NCBI GenBank assembly: GCA_965230295.1
Contig: OZ246001.1
Location: forward strand, 3,008,001 to 3,072,000
Length of the DNA stretch: 64,000 bases
Origin: Marinicella sp.
GTDB lineage: Bacteria; Pseudomonadota; Gammaproteobacteria; Xanthomonadales; Marinicellaceae
Direction: 5' to 3'
The translations under genes and the position numbers were made by a program. Positions 1 through 10,106 of the stretch are shown here, one piece after another; the stretch's first letter is position 1; every line of letters starts with the position of its first letter. The notes below the pieces were generated by a model. It was not told the DNA's origin. It ran no database searches and saw only the letters and a list, made by a program, of their open reading frames with translations.

Positions 1-2
1 TG

Positions 3-650
3 TTACTTAGAAATGAGGTCACAAAAAACGATAGAAAAGGGCCTAATAAAAATCGATTATTGCTGGTGTCTGGAAATATTCCTGGCTACGACTTGACTTA
101 CACAGATACAGAAATTAGCAGAATAGCAGATGCATGGAAGGGCAGCACTGACATACTAAAACAAGAACAAAACGCCTTAGATGAATTTATATCACTTGAA
201 TTAGAACAATTTGATTATCTGCATTTTGCCACTCATGGAAAAGTGGATGAAGTGGTTTCTGATGCAAATGGATTGGCATTCAATAATGGTATGAATTCAA
301 TTGAATATTTGAATTTAGCAAGAATTTATCAACTGAAATTATCCAGTAAATTAGTGACTTTAAGCGCATGTAACTCAGGACAAGGAATACATGTTTTCGG
401 AGAAGGAATTATGGGAATAGCCAGGGGTTTTATTTATGCGGGTAGTGATGCTGTCCTAGCCACCTTGTGGCAGATCTCAGACCGTTCAACTCTGATATTT
501 ATGGATAAATTTTATCAGGTTCTGAATGAAACACATGACAGTGCCTTGGCTTTAAAAGCCACGCAGCAAGCCGCCATTTCTGGTGAATTGGGGATGGATT
601 TAAGAGACTTTAAGAGTTGGGCAGCATTTGTTCTGATTGGCAGTGATTAG
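3..650 (+). CDS. CHAT-domain (caspase-like) protease, C-terminal part; 5' end lies before the window
   Basis: Frame is open from base 3. CHAT motifs HFATHG (His) and LVTLSACNSG (Cys), LWQISD, and terminal WAAFVLIG. Confidence 0.9.
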   Translation, partial: LLRNEVTKNDRKGPNKNRLLLVSGNIPGYDLTYTDTEISRIADAWKGSTDILKQEQNALDEFISLELEQFDYLHFATHGKVDEVVSDANGLAFNNGMNSIEYLNLARIYQLKLSSKLVTLSACNSGQGIHVFGEGIMGIARGFIYAGSDAVLATLWQISDRSTLIFMDKFYQVLNETHDSALALKATQQAAISGELGMDLRDFKSWAAFVLIGSD

Positions 651-827
651 TTATTTTTACATTTTAATTTCTATTTTGTGGTGAGAGGTAATTCGATTAA
701 ATGCCACTATAAAAAAACTGCACATGTCATTGAGGTTAATTTTACTTGATTTAGTAAGTTATTGAGTTAATTGGTTAAATAACATGAATAAACTAACTTA
801 AACCTTTAAAAATTTTTGGGAGGAATT

Positions 828-1421
828 ATGAATAAGAAGTTCGTTGTCAGAGGCGCTGTTTCCATTGCTTCGATTGGATTGGCCGGTGCCATATATTATT
901 TTTTAATAATACCACCTCCACGTTGCTCTATAGACGGCAATTATAGTGAAGTTAATCCTGGTGATGCTGAAGTGACATGTGTTTGTAACCCAACTCAAAT
1001 GAGCCCTCATATAATTAGTACAGATAAATTCAAATTAACTCTGAAACAAGACTCAACGGGTTCTGAATTAATACCTTCTACAGATATGATAGATAACAGG
1101 AAATGGCCAGCATCTGTTGTATTAAACTACAAAGGTGAGTCAAATGATGGCCAGGCCTACAAGGAGATACAAAGAGGGCAATATCTTAATTGTGGCACAA
1201 CGCCTCCAGTTGATGCGATATTGTGGGAAAGTGGTCCTTTAGAATTGGTAGAAGAAGATGATTGTGAAGAGCATTACGTTACTGTTTATAGAATGAGGAA
1301 AGATAATAGACCCCCACCTCGCGACAGTTCAGGAGGTCAAAAAAATGATTTGGCGATTATAAGTTTGAGTTGTTTCACTGGTGGACATAGCCATGGAGGT
1401 GTGGCGCATGCGGAACATTAA
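828..1421 (+). CDS. Hypothetical membrane-anchored protein with His-rich C-terminus
   Basis: ATG 828 follows GGAGGA. N-terminal hydrophobic segment, several Cys, ends GGHSHGGVAHAEH. Overlaps the next gene. Confidence 0.7.
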   Translation: MNKKFVVRGAVSIASIGLAGAIYYFLIIPPPRCSIDGNYSEVNPGDAEVTCVCNPTQMSPHIISTDKFKLTLKQDSTGSELIPSTDMIDNRKWPASVVLNYKGESNDGQAYKEIQRGQYLNCGTTPPVDAILWESGPLELVEEDDCEEHYVTVYRMRKDNRPPPRDSSGGQKNDLAIISLSCFTGGHSHGGVAHAEH

Positions 1422-3168
1422 AATACCGCATAAACTCCAGACATTAGTAACATTGGCGTTTTTATTGCTTTTACAAAGCTGTTCAAAAAAAAAAGAACAG
1501 GTGATTGTTGACTATTCAGAGTGCTATAAAGAACAATCTTGTGACTATTATTTTGATAAGTTGCTGAATTCAAATTATTTTATTGATGCTATTCCCAAAC
1601 AGCACATAATGTTGATGACAGATTACCCATATGAACTGTTAGACGGTTTAAATCAAAACAGTCATTTTGAAATGGCTTCAAGCAATCAGCCAAAGCTGTT
1701 TTTTAACTTCAATGCAGTAGAAGTTTATAAAGATGAAAAAGATTTTCAAATTGACGACCCTGTAGAGAATAATATGCAACCATGTTTGAGAAATGACATG
1801 TATTATGGATGTGATGAGAAGTGGGGTCTTGAATTTATTCATGCGCTTGAAGTGATGAATTATGTAATTCCTAAGAAGGCAAGCAAGCCACTTTTGGCAG
1901 TATTGGATTCAGGTGTGGATATACAGCATCCTTATTTAAGAGGTCAGCTATATCAAAATACTATTGATGTGGTTGGGGGATATAAGGATGATGAGTCACC
2001 AGGGCAGTATGAAGTAGATGATGACAATGATGGTTACCAAGATTTTCAAGATCCGGAAATAAAGAGTTTGATCCGTTATCTTGAAGTCAATAAAGGCTTT
2101 AGTCACTCAAAGGCAAGATCAGTGGCTATTTATGATGATGATGAAAATGGCTATCCAGATGATTATTTAGGGTGGGATTTTAAGGATAATGACAACCTCC
2201 CTTTCCCACTCGAAAATAATGATCATGGCATGGAAATGGCAGGTATTATCTCAGCAAAAAATGAAACTGAAAATGGAGAATTGAACTCCCCTATAGGATT
2301 AGCTGCAGAGCAAAAGTTACTTCCAATAAGGTTAACTTCAGAGCCACATGGGTATCCATCTGTTTGGAGTTTTTTAAAAGCCGTCGATTATGGCCTTCAA
2401 CATGGTGTCAAAATATTTAATTATTCTGGAGATTTTAGATTAGCCTGCCGAGGTACAGCTTGTGTTGAAAAGTTAGAAATTTCACAACGTCAATTTTGTT
2501 ATCATTTAATTCATTTGCTAATGAAGAATGAAGCAGTCTTAGTAGCAGCTAACCCTGAGAATAGCAGATTAGGTGATGAAATTGACACTGATTCATTGGA
2601 TGAAGTTAATAACAAAACTGAATGGAGATTGCTGCCATCTGCATGTAATCGTTTTGATATTATAATTGATCATGTCAAAGTCAATGTCAATGATCACATG
2701 ATTTTGGTCAGTGGTATAAAAAGACCATCAAGGATTTCAATGGGTGAGGATTTTTCATTTAAGCCAATACCAGGTTTAAAAAGTAATAAATCAATTCATA
2801 TTGCAGCGCCTGGTGAAACTATTTTATCTATATCGACAAAGACCCGCATTCATCCACATTTAGAAAAGTGGTCATATAAATCAAGTGCAGCTACAGCAAT
2901 TATGACTGGCAGTATAGCCTTATTAATGTCTACTGAGAAGTTTGAGAAATGTACCGCTCCTCAAGTTGCCAAGGTTATTTTAGATAATGCAACTATTTGT
3001 TCTTGTTTTGTGGATTTCTGGGAAAATGGCAGGGTACTTAATTTGCTGAATGCTTATGAAATACCAGCTGATAATGAACCATGTGAGGCTGTTCTAAAGA
3101 CGGCAAATGTGAAACCGGGCATATGCCCTTTCCCAAATGACAGGAAATGTGTCTTTAATCAACAATAG
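1408..3168 (+). CDS. S8 (subtilase) family serine peptidase, lipoprotein
   Basis: ATG 1408 follows GGAGGTG. Lipobox LLQSC, AVLDSG (Asp), DHG (His), DDDENGYPDDYLGWDF, IAAPG; divergent Ser region KSSAA. Confidence 0.85.
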   Translation: MRNIKIPHKLQTLVTLAFLLLLQSCSKKKEQVIVDYSECYKEQSCDYYFDKLLNSNYFIDAIPKQHIMLMTDYPYELLDGLNQNSHFEMASSNQPKLFFNFNAVEVYKDEKDFQIDDPVENNMQPCLRNDMYYGCDEKWGLEFIHALEVMNYVIPKKASKPLLAVLDSGVDIQHPYLRGQLYQNTIDVVGGYKDDESPGQYEVDDDNDGYQDFQDPEIKSLIRYLEVNKGFSHSKARSVAIYDDDENGYPDDYLGWDFKDNDNLPFPLENNDHGMEMAGIISAKNETENGELNSPIGLAAEQKLLPIRLTSEPHGYPSVWSFLKAVDYGLQHGVKIFNYSGDFRLACRGTACVEKLEISQRQFCYHLIHLLMKNEAVLVAANPENSRLGDEIDTDSLDEVNNKTEWRLLPSACNRFDIIIDHVKVNVNDHMILVSGIKRPSRISMGEDFSFKPIPGLKSNKSIHIAAPGETILSISTKTRIHPHLEKWSYKSSAATAIMTGSIALLMSTEKFEKCTAPQVAKVILDNATICSCFVDFWENGRVLNLLNAYEIPADNEPCEAVLKTANVKPGICPFPNDRKCVFNQQ

Positions 3169-3637
3169 GGGTTGAAGTAACATTTAAATTAAAAGAGGAC
3201 AGCTGATGGTTTAGATTGAATCATCTAGCCTATTTGCTGACAACTACCTTTAATTTTTAAATGGTTCCAATTACAGTTCTTCAGATGAAGGTGGTGATAT
3301 TGGTTAACTCGCCAAGACAAGAATAATGGGTGTGCCTACCATTCGAAGTTGCTTATCACCACCTAAGCACAGACATCAAGATAAAACAACTTAGTGAGAT
3401 AATTTTAGAATCCTAATATCACTTTTCACGGTGTACAACTATTTTCATGTACTATTTTTAGAAAAAACCAGTAGGTAACATGGGATTATAGGTTTTTTGT
3501 TTACATTTACAAAATGATATCAAGAAGGGAGGTAAATAATAATGCTGGGTTGTTATCTAAGCAGAAGATAAGTAAAACCTAGTCCTTTTCATGATTCTAT
3601 TTTTGGAAATAGGTCACTTGTATTAGGCCCTGTCATA

Positions 3638-3665
3638 ATCAGTAAAAAGTAAGGTATAAATCAGT
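3638..3665 (+). promoter_or_regulatory. 11-bp-period direct-repeat box upstream of GT4 gene
   Basis: ATCAGT 3638, GTAAGG 3649, ATCAGT 3660. Confidence 0.65.
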
Positions 3666-3733
3666 AATAGAACAGTTAAAAAAATCCAATTATTGATTTA
3701 ATTGATCCTATTGTTTTATATATAGATTATCTG

Positions 3734-5065
3734 ATGAAAAAGTTAAAAATACTGGTTGATGGGTTCAACTTACAATTATCAAAAGGTACCGGAATCAAGA
3801 CTTATGGTTCTACATTATTGGATGCATATCAAAAAATGGGTTGTGAAATTGGCATACTTACTGACAAGGTAATCCCAAAAAGCAGAAAGGTTGTTCTTGA
3901 TGAAATCAATTTTTTTGACAATCAACCGATTCGAAAGAACAAAATTCAAATATTTAATGAATTTATTAATAGCGCCAGAAATATTGCGGGTATAGGGACA
4001 AGTCTTTATATCAAGCCCCAGTTTACAGAAATCAATAAAAAAAACTACTTATCGAAAAAAAGAGGTAAGTACAATCATATTGAAAACATCCCCAACATCT
4101 TCAGTGATGCCTATAAAGCATTCAAAATCTTTGGCACCTTTCCTAATATTAATGCATCAGAACAACCAGATGTTCTTCATCTTACAGCGCCTTGGCCAAT
4201 TAGGATGTCAAAAGCAAAAACTGTACTGACCATACATGATTTGATTCCTTTAAAACTCCCATTTACAACTTTAGATGATAAGTCCTATTTTTATAATTTA
4301 GTAAAAAAGTCTATCAACAATGCTGACGTAATTTTATCAGTTTCAAATTTTACCAAGAATTGCATTATAGATACTTTTGATGTTGATGATGAAAAAATAC
4401 ATGTAACATATCAAAGTATCGACACGAGCAGTTCTTTTAAAAAGTCCAAAAAATCAATGAAAAAATTTCTTAAATCAGTACAGCTGGAGCAGGAAAATTA
4501 TGTATTGTTTGTCGGCAATATTGAACCCAAAAAGAACCTGCCAACTCTAGTTAAAGCATTTTCTACTCTAAAACTAAAGTCTAAAGGCATGAAACTTGCG
4601 ATTGTTGGCTCAAAAGCTTGGATGTCTGAAGGTGAATTAGCAGTCTTGACTAAGTACCTCAAACCTGATCAGTATGAAATATTAGAATATGTTTCTGAAT
4701 CTAATCTGATTACTTTGTATAAACATGCGAGTTGCCTAGTCTTCCCATCAATTTATGAAGGATTTGGATTGCCTGTCTTAGAAGCCATGTACTATAAATG
4801 CCCAGTGATTTGTTCTAATGCTTCTTCAATTCCGGAAGTTGCTGGGGGAGCTGCTCTATATTTTTCCCCTTTAAATGAGCAGGATTTGAGGAAGAAAATG
4901 CAAGACCTAATTAATAATCCTTATAAGAGGTATGAGTTGATTCAAAAAGGGATCAATCAAGCTGAAAAATTCAGTCCTAGTAATTATGCAGAAAGATTAA
5001 TGACTGCATACGGAAGCTTGCATTTTTCTAATGCATCATTGTCAAGAAAGTATTTTTTGTGGTAG
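3734..5065 (+). CDS. GT4 family (GT-B) glycosyltransferase
   Basis: TIHDLIP, VGNIEPKKN, FPSIYEGFGLPVLEAM motifs. Confidence 0.92.
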   Translation: MKKLKILVDGFNLQLSKGTGIKTYGSTLLDAYQKMGCEIGILTDKVIPKSRKVVLDEINFFDNQPIRKNKIQIFNEFINSARNIAGIGTSLYIKPQFTEINKKNYLSKKRGKYNHIENIPNIFSDAYKAFKIFGTFPNINASEQPDVLHLTAPWPIRMSKAKTVLTIHDLIPLKLPFTTLDDKSYFYNLVKKSINNADVILSVSNFTKNCIIDTFDVDDEKIHVTYQSIDTSSSFKKSKKSMKKFLKSVQLEQENYVLFVGNIEPKKNLPTLVKAFSTLKLKSKGMKLAIVGSKAWMSEGELAVLTKYLKPDQYEILEYVSESNLITLYKHASCLVFPSIYEGFGLPVLEAMYYKCPVICSNASSIPEVAGGAALYFSPLNEQDLRKKMQDLINNPYKRYELIQKGINQAEKFSPSNYAERLMTAYGSLHFSNASLSRKYFLW

Positions 5066-5736
5066 GGAGAGGTCAGTGCAATGAACCCAATAGATGTGTT
5101 TGAATTTTAAGTTTATAGCTTGTTTTTATCAATAAAATTAATATGTTATCAGATTTTGATTAAATCTAAAGTACTTCAGACTAACGGCTTCTTCCTAAAA
5201 AGTACATTGAAACAACCTATAGCATAATTATTAATTTTCTTTAATTAATGTTGAATATGAATATCAACAGTTATTCGTTAGCATGAAATAGAATTAATAC
5301 ATGCTTTCTAAAAAATAATTAGCTAGACGATATTTGCAACTAGATTTAATGGTTACTTTTTAATTCAAATTTCGTTAAATATTCTCTTTCATTACCCTTT
5401 TTAGTAGTTCATTTTCCCGCTTGAACACAAACCATAAATTGAAACCTCTTAATTTTGAAAAACTGATGGTCAGTTAGATCAGCCGCACTGGGTTGGCGGA
5501 GCTATGCTGAGTCAGAGAGTTTATGCCCAAGGTGGTGAGTCATGTTGACAGTGATCGTATTCTATTCATTATTGTCTGGAACAAAAATGAATGAAGATCC
5601 AAGAATATTCCTTTAATATAATGTCTCAGCTTAAATTTCTAAATATGTTCTGCGATGATTAATATATTCAATATAATATACCTATTAAATGGTTAAATTA
5701 TCAGTAGAATATAAACTTATTTAAATATATTTTATT

Positions 5737-5850
5737 ATAAAAAAGCAGACCACAACTGTTTAGAAAGGGGGAAAAACATGTGTTGTGATCTGCTTAAATG
5801 GGCTTAACATTGATTCGAGGTGAGTTTAAATTAATGTAAGCTCGATTCAA
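5737..5850 (-). ncRNA. Candidate sRNA A (two hairpins, UUCCCCC loop, intrinsic terminator)
   Basis: Minus strand: hairpin TTGAATCGAG..CTCGAATCAA, then AAGCAGATCACAAC..TGTTT-TTCCCCCTTTCT-AAACA..GTTGTGGTCTGCTT-TTTT. No ORF; lies directly downstream of a 4-unit repeat box. Confidence 0.6.
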
Positions 5851-5875
5851 TTATTGAATTTATTGGAAATTTTAA

Positions 5876-5914
5876 CCTGATCTTTGACTGATTTTTACTT
5901 AATTAAAACCTGAC
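5876..5914 (-). promoter_or_regulatory. 11-bp-period box (4 units) driving candidate sRNA A
   Basis: + strand CCTGAT 5876, ACTGAT 5887, CTTAAT 5898, CCTGAC 5909. Confidence 0.7.
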
Positions 5915-5928
5915 TAGATATACGACTG

Positions 5929-5959
5929 AAAAAAGCTTGTTGCTAAGAACAAGCTTTTT
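5929..5959 (-). terminator. Intrinsic terminator of the Ig-like gene
   Basis: AAAAAAGCTTGTT-gctaag-AACAAGCTTTTT inverted repeat 30 nt past the stop. Confidence 0.75.
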
Positions 5960-5988
5960 CTTGGTTGATATGTGACAGAATTAACATA

Positions 5989-7755
5989 TTAAAATGATAA
6001 ACAGTCAAAGCCACTCTGTGAAATGAAGGGGTATTTTTCATCCTCATCAAATGAATTGTTATCTTGTGGATTTATGTCATTTATGCCACTTAATAATTCA
6101 ACAGCACCTTCAATTCTAATGAGCTCATTCAAAGGAGCATCGACGATTGCATTAATTTTGTATCTAAATGCAGCCCCTACAGGCAGATCTACTATTTCAT
6201 CAATATTACCTGTACCTGAATCAAAAGGGCAAACTGAACCACCATATGAATCACAAGTCCAAGAAAGATCTAAATATTCATTAAATGATTCGTATTCGCC
6301 TGGAAAAGAAGTCACTCGGACATTGCTGACATCCATATTACCAACATTAGTGACATCCAGGAAATATGTGGTTTCTTCATTCACACCATTCTGACAATTA
6401 GAAATGGTGACTTTGAGGTCAGGTAACTCGTCATCAAAATTCACGGCATTGATCTGTGGAATGACCAAAGGAAAGTTCTGATCAAGCGTATCGAGCGAAA
6501 ATCCTATTGTATATTCTTGATCTCCATCAGTATCCTCATCATCTTGGCCTTGAACACTGACCTCAATCGGTTGATTCCAGTTAGACTGGTCTAAGACAAT
6601 ATTTTGTTGAACCACTGTGCCTTCAGACATATCAGTTGAAAAAATTGCGATGTTGACATCATAAGCAGGTGCTTGCGTTAAACGGATAGTAAATTCATCC
6701 TCACCGCCCATTTCTGTTGTGTACAGTTCAGATCCATCATAAGTAATAATAAAATCATAAATTGCTAAATCATCCACCTGAAAATCAACTGGAACAGTAT
6801 TGGATTGATTTTGACCTGAATCTTCAGAATAAGCAAAAGCTCTGGCCGGCCCATTTGCGTATTCAATTTGAGACCTACATTCCCAAGAACCATCTGATTG
6901 AACAATTGTTCGGCAAATATCCTCACCAAGTTCACCAGTAACATACAAAGTATCATTTGGAGTTGCTGTGCCTATAAACTTTGGAAGTTTGGTATTAACT
7001 GTTCCATTAGCAGCAGGCCAGATAAACACAGGGTCAACTGTTGGGTAATAGTCTACATCGAATCTGGTCACAACAACATCAGATCGATTATCAGCAACAT
7101 CAAATGCATATGTAGAAAGTGTATGAGCGCCTTCGCCAAAGCCAGCAGGAAAATTACAGCTCCATAATCCATCTGTTCCAACTGTATTACTTAAACAATG
7201 ACGACCTCCGGAGTACATGAAAACTTGGCTTCCTTCGTCACCAGTCCCACTACCTGCTGAAAAGATTTGGTTGTAAAGAAATCCTTCAATTGGTGCCACA
7301 ATGTTTGGAGCCGCAGGTGCCACTGTATCTATAGTAACTTGAAGGGCCTCTGAATGATCAGACTCAACACCACCCACAGCAATTGGAGTTTCAGTATAAG
7401 TGATCATATAAGTGCCGTCTAATAATGGATCTGTTGGATGTATGCTAAATATTGGCGATCCAGAACAAGAACTATCCCCAATCAGAGTATTGGATGCTGG
7501 GGAATCAGAATACAAGTTAACTCGATTACCCACAGTGCATTCAACCCTAAAAGTAGGTTGATTGTGGTTGGTAATGCCATCTCCATTTACACCTGAGTCT
7601 TGCATTAAAATAGGTGGTGGATTCTGAGTCATTTGTTTTAAGCAACTTGAATCTTTTTCACATTGACCAGGTGTTGCAGAAGAACTGAGAGCCCAATGAT
7701 CAGACCACACGGGCCCGCTAATTAAAATCAAAAATAAAAATATACATTTATACAT
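5989..7755 (-). CDS. Secreted Ig-like repeat protein with Calx-beta/DUF11-like C-terminal domains
   Basis: Signal peptide MYKCIFLFLILISGPVWS (ATG 7755, GGAG 6 nt upstream). Bacterial Ig repeats (TNHNQPTF, DTVAPAAP, DGSWEC). Tail FISQSGFD. Confidence 0.8.
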   Translation of the reverse strand: MYKCIFLFLILISGPVWSDHWALSSSATPGQCEKDSSCLKQMTQNPPPILMQDSGVNGDGITNHNQPTFRVECTVGNRVNLYSDSPASNTLIGDSSCSGSPIFSIHPTDPLLDGTYMITYTETPIAVGGVESDHSEALQVTIDTVAPAAPNIVAPIEGFLYNQIFSAGSGTGDEGSQVFMYSGGRHCLSNTVGTDGLWSCNFPAGFGEGAHTLSTYAFDVADNRSDVVVTRFDVDYYPTVDPVFIWPAANGTVNTKLPKFIGTATPNDTLYVTGELGEDICRTIVQSDGSWECRSQIEYANGPARAFAYSEDSGQNQSNTVPVDFQVDDLAIYDFIITYDGSELYTTEMGGEDEFTIRLTQAPAYDVNIAIFSTDMSEGTVVQQNIVLDQSNWNQPIEVSVQGQDDEDTDGDQEYTIGFSLDTLDQNFPLVIPQINAVNFDDELPDLKVTISNCQNGVNEETTYFLDVTNVGNMDVSNVRVTSFPGEYESFNEYLDLSWTCDSYGGSVCPFDSGTGNIDEIVDLPVGAAFRYKINAIVDAPLNELIRIEGAVELLSGINDINPQDNNSFDEDEKYPFISQSGFDCLSF

Positions 7756-7817
7756 AGTCACACTCCATACACACGTTAATTAAGAGTCTCTATGTTAGGC
7801 CTAAACCAAAAGAAAAA

Positions 7818-7845
7818 CTTGACTATAGCCTGATCAATGTCTGAT
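7818..7845 (-). promoter_or_regulatory. 11-bp-period box
   Basis: CTTGAC 7818, CCTGAT 7829, TCTGAT 7840; TAACAT -10 lies 20 nt downstream (7792-7797). Confidence 0.7.
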
Positions 7846-7980
7846 TTCTGAAACTAAAAATAACATAAAAAGAGAGTTGCTATTCATCCATGTGGTTGTG
7901 ATTAAATGAATAATTTATTTATATTTCATGATTGTGAAATTCGCCGATTATGCTCGTTGAGACGTTTGGAACATAAGTGG

Positions 7981-8012
7981 GGATGGTTTGAAGTCTAAAT
8001 TTCAAACCATCC
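7981..8012 (-). terminator. Terminator-like hairpin after FG-GAP gene
   Basis: GGATGGTTTGAA...TTCAAACCATCC perfect 12-bp stem. Confidence 0.6.
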
Positions 8013-8022
8013 ATGTTAATAA

Positions 8023-9522
8023 TTAGAAAGATCCATCCTCAAAAATTACATCATGCCCATGTATGATATATGCGCCTCCTGAGTTAGTACCATTAGTATT
8101 CATAGCACTGGCTCCAATAATATAGTCATTAAAGCCATCGCCATTGAAGTCATTAATCCCACTGACTGACTCACCGCCTGAATACCCCTGTTCAGCCCCC
8201 TCGATTTTCATCACATCACTCGTCCCCAGCTGGGCAACATGCATAGTGGCATCATAGGTTTGTTTGCCATAAATCAGATATGTTGTTGTTGTGCCATCGG
8301 CATTGATCAAAATATCATTGATGCGATCACCATTGACATCACCGACCCCGCTGACCGATCTGCCAAAATCGTTTCTTGTAGCAGCTCCATGAATCGAGAA
8401 ACCATTGGTGCCATCCAAACCTGACAAATAAAATTCACCAGAGGAATACTGGCTGTTGCCAAAAATCACATAGGCAGATCCGGAATGTTCTCCATTAACA
8501 TCTGCACTGGGAGCTCCAATAACAAAATCATCAATGTCATCGCCGTTGATGTCTCCCAGACCATTCAGTGAAAACCCTGAAATATCATATGCAGCCACAC
8601 CAAACAACTTCAATCCATTGGTACCATCCAGAGTGGCAAGATTAAACTGATCACCAAAACCATTTTCATTTCCGAATACAACAAAGGTGACGCCTGTATT
8701 CAGGGCACCGCCGTCTCCACCGGGAGCTCCAATTAACACATCATCAAGACCGTCATTATTGACATCACCTGCTGATGCAACCACGCCGCCCATTCCACCT
8801 GATTCGAAAAACCTTGAATTGTAGATTCTGAACCCGTTACTTCCATCCAGTGAAGAGACGTTAAATGATGCAGGAAAAGCATTCGCATTTGAACTGCCAT
8901 AAACAACGTAACAGCTATCTGCCCCCGGGGCACAAGTAATAAGATCATCAACCCCATCTTCATTGATATCACCAGCATTTGAAACTGAAGTACCAAAAAA
9001 GCCGTCCTTGGTTTCACTTAACAACTCGAATCCGTTGGTGCCATCCAGGTCTGAAATTTGAAGCAATGGATTGGACTGGGCGCCTCCAAAAACAACATAT
9101 ACGGCCCCTGAATCCCTGTCATGACTTTCGTCATTATTTGCACCAATCACGATGTCGTCATAACCGTCTGCGTTTAGATCACCTGCACTGGAAATTGAAA
9201 AACCAAAAGCCGTATATCCTGGGTTGTCTTTAATCGTAAAGCCATTTTGACCATCCAGATCTGACAATTCAAGTACACCCGAGTTTGGAATGGTCGTTCC
9301 GAAGATGACATGAACCTCGTCTTTGCCGTAAGAGCCAATGAGGAGGTCATCCAATCCGTCACCATTAAAGTCGCCTGCATGACTGACACTCATCCCTGTT
9401 TTGTAACCGTTTGATATTCCTTCTACTTTAAACCCATTAACACCATTAATTGACGAGAGGTCTAAATCAGCCCATGCAACAGGGATAAATGTCAACAAAA
9501 AGAAATTAATTAAAACACGCAC
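8023..9522 (-). CDS. Secreted FG-GAP (integrin-alpha beta-propeller) protein
   Basis: Seven AGDxNxDGxDDxxIGA repeats, signal peptide, tail DVIFEDGSF. Confidence 0.92.
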   Translation of the reverse strand: MRVLINFFLLTFIPVAWADLDLSSINGVNGFKVEGISNGYKTGMSVSHAGDFNGDGLDDLLIGSYGKDEVHVIFGTTIPNSGVLELSDLDGQNGFTIKDNPGYTAFGFSISSAGDLNADGYDDIVIGANNDESHDRDSGAVYVVFGGAQSNPLLQISDLDGTNGFELLSETKDGFFGTSVSNAGDINEDGVDDLITCAPGADSCYVVYGSSNANAFPASFNVSSLDGSNGFRIYNSRFFESGGMGGVVASAGDVNNDGLDDVLIGAPGGDGGALNTGVTFVVFGNENGFGDQFNLATLDGTNGLKLFGVAAYDISGFSLNGLGDINGDDIDDFVIGAPSADVNGEHSGSAYVIFGNSQYSSGEFYLSGLDGTNGFSIHGAATRNDFGRSVSGVGDVNGDRINDILINADGTTTTYLIYGKQTYDATMHVAQLGTSDVMKIEGAEQGYSGGESVSGINDFNGDGFNDYIIGASAMNTNGTNSGGAYIIHGHDVIFEDGSF

Positions 9523-9576
9523 ATTTTTTCTCCAAATTAATTAGTGAAAAATATATTCTATGCAGTGTTATATTGT

Positions 9577-9593
9577 CCTGAGCAATTTCTGAG
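9577..9593 (-). promoter_or_regulatory. 11-bp-period box (2 units)
   Basis: CCTGAG 9577, TCTGAG 9588. Confidence 0.5.
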
Positions 9594-10070
9594 TTTTCAC
9601 TTGTTTTTTCCTTACGTTTAATAGAATTGAGTCATTACGGTTATTGATTGTTTATTTATTAAACAAACAAAAAAATGACGACACGACCCAAAAATTATGT
9701 TCTGATCAATATGCTGTTAATCACTATTTTCCAATTGACATACTTTTGCACTTAGTGAGTTTGAATTAATAATATTAGTCTTGACTTCAAGTATTTTTTG
9801 GCTATTTGCCCAGAATTGCATGCTCGAAATTTATAGTACCTGATACGGCAATGATCGAATCAACCCCATAATTTATTCACATTACTTACTGAATTATGAG
9901 AAAAAAGTACTTACTAAAACTGATTCTGTACTTGAATTTTCTTTTAACAATTAAACTTAATATAGGCTGAATGAGAGCTGCTTAGGAATGCGAAGCGCAT
10001 CTAAATTTTGAGAATGTGTACTTTTGACATACTACCAATCTTTAAAGGTTATGATACAATTTAATTGTGT

Positions 10071-10104
10071 TGTGTAGATAAAATAAGTGTGTAGATAAAA
10101 TAAG
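10071..10104 (+). repeat. 17-bp tandem duplication immediately before the regulator start codon
   Basis: TGTGTAGATAAAATAAG twice (10071-10087, 10088-10104). Confidence 0.85.
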
Positions 10105-10106
10105 GG

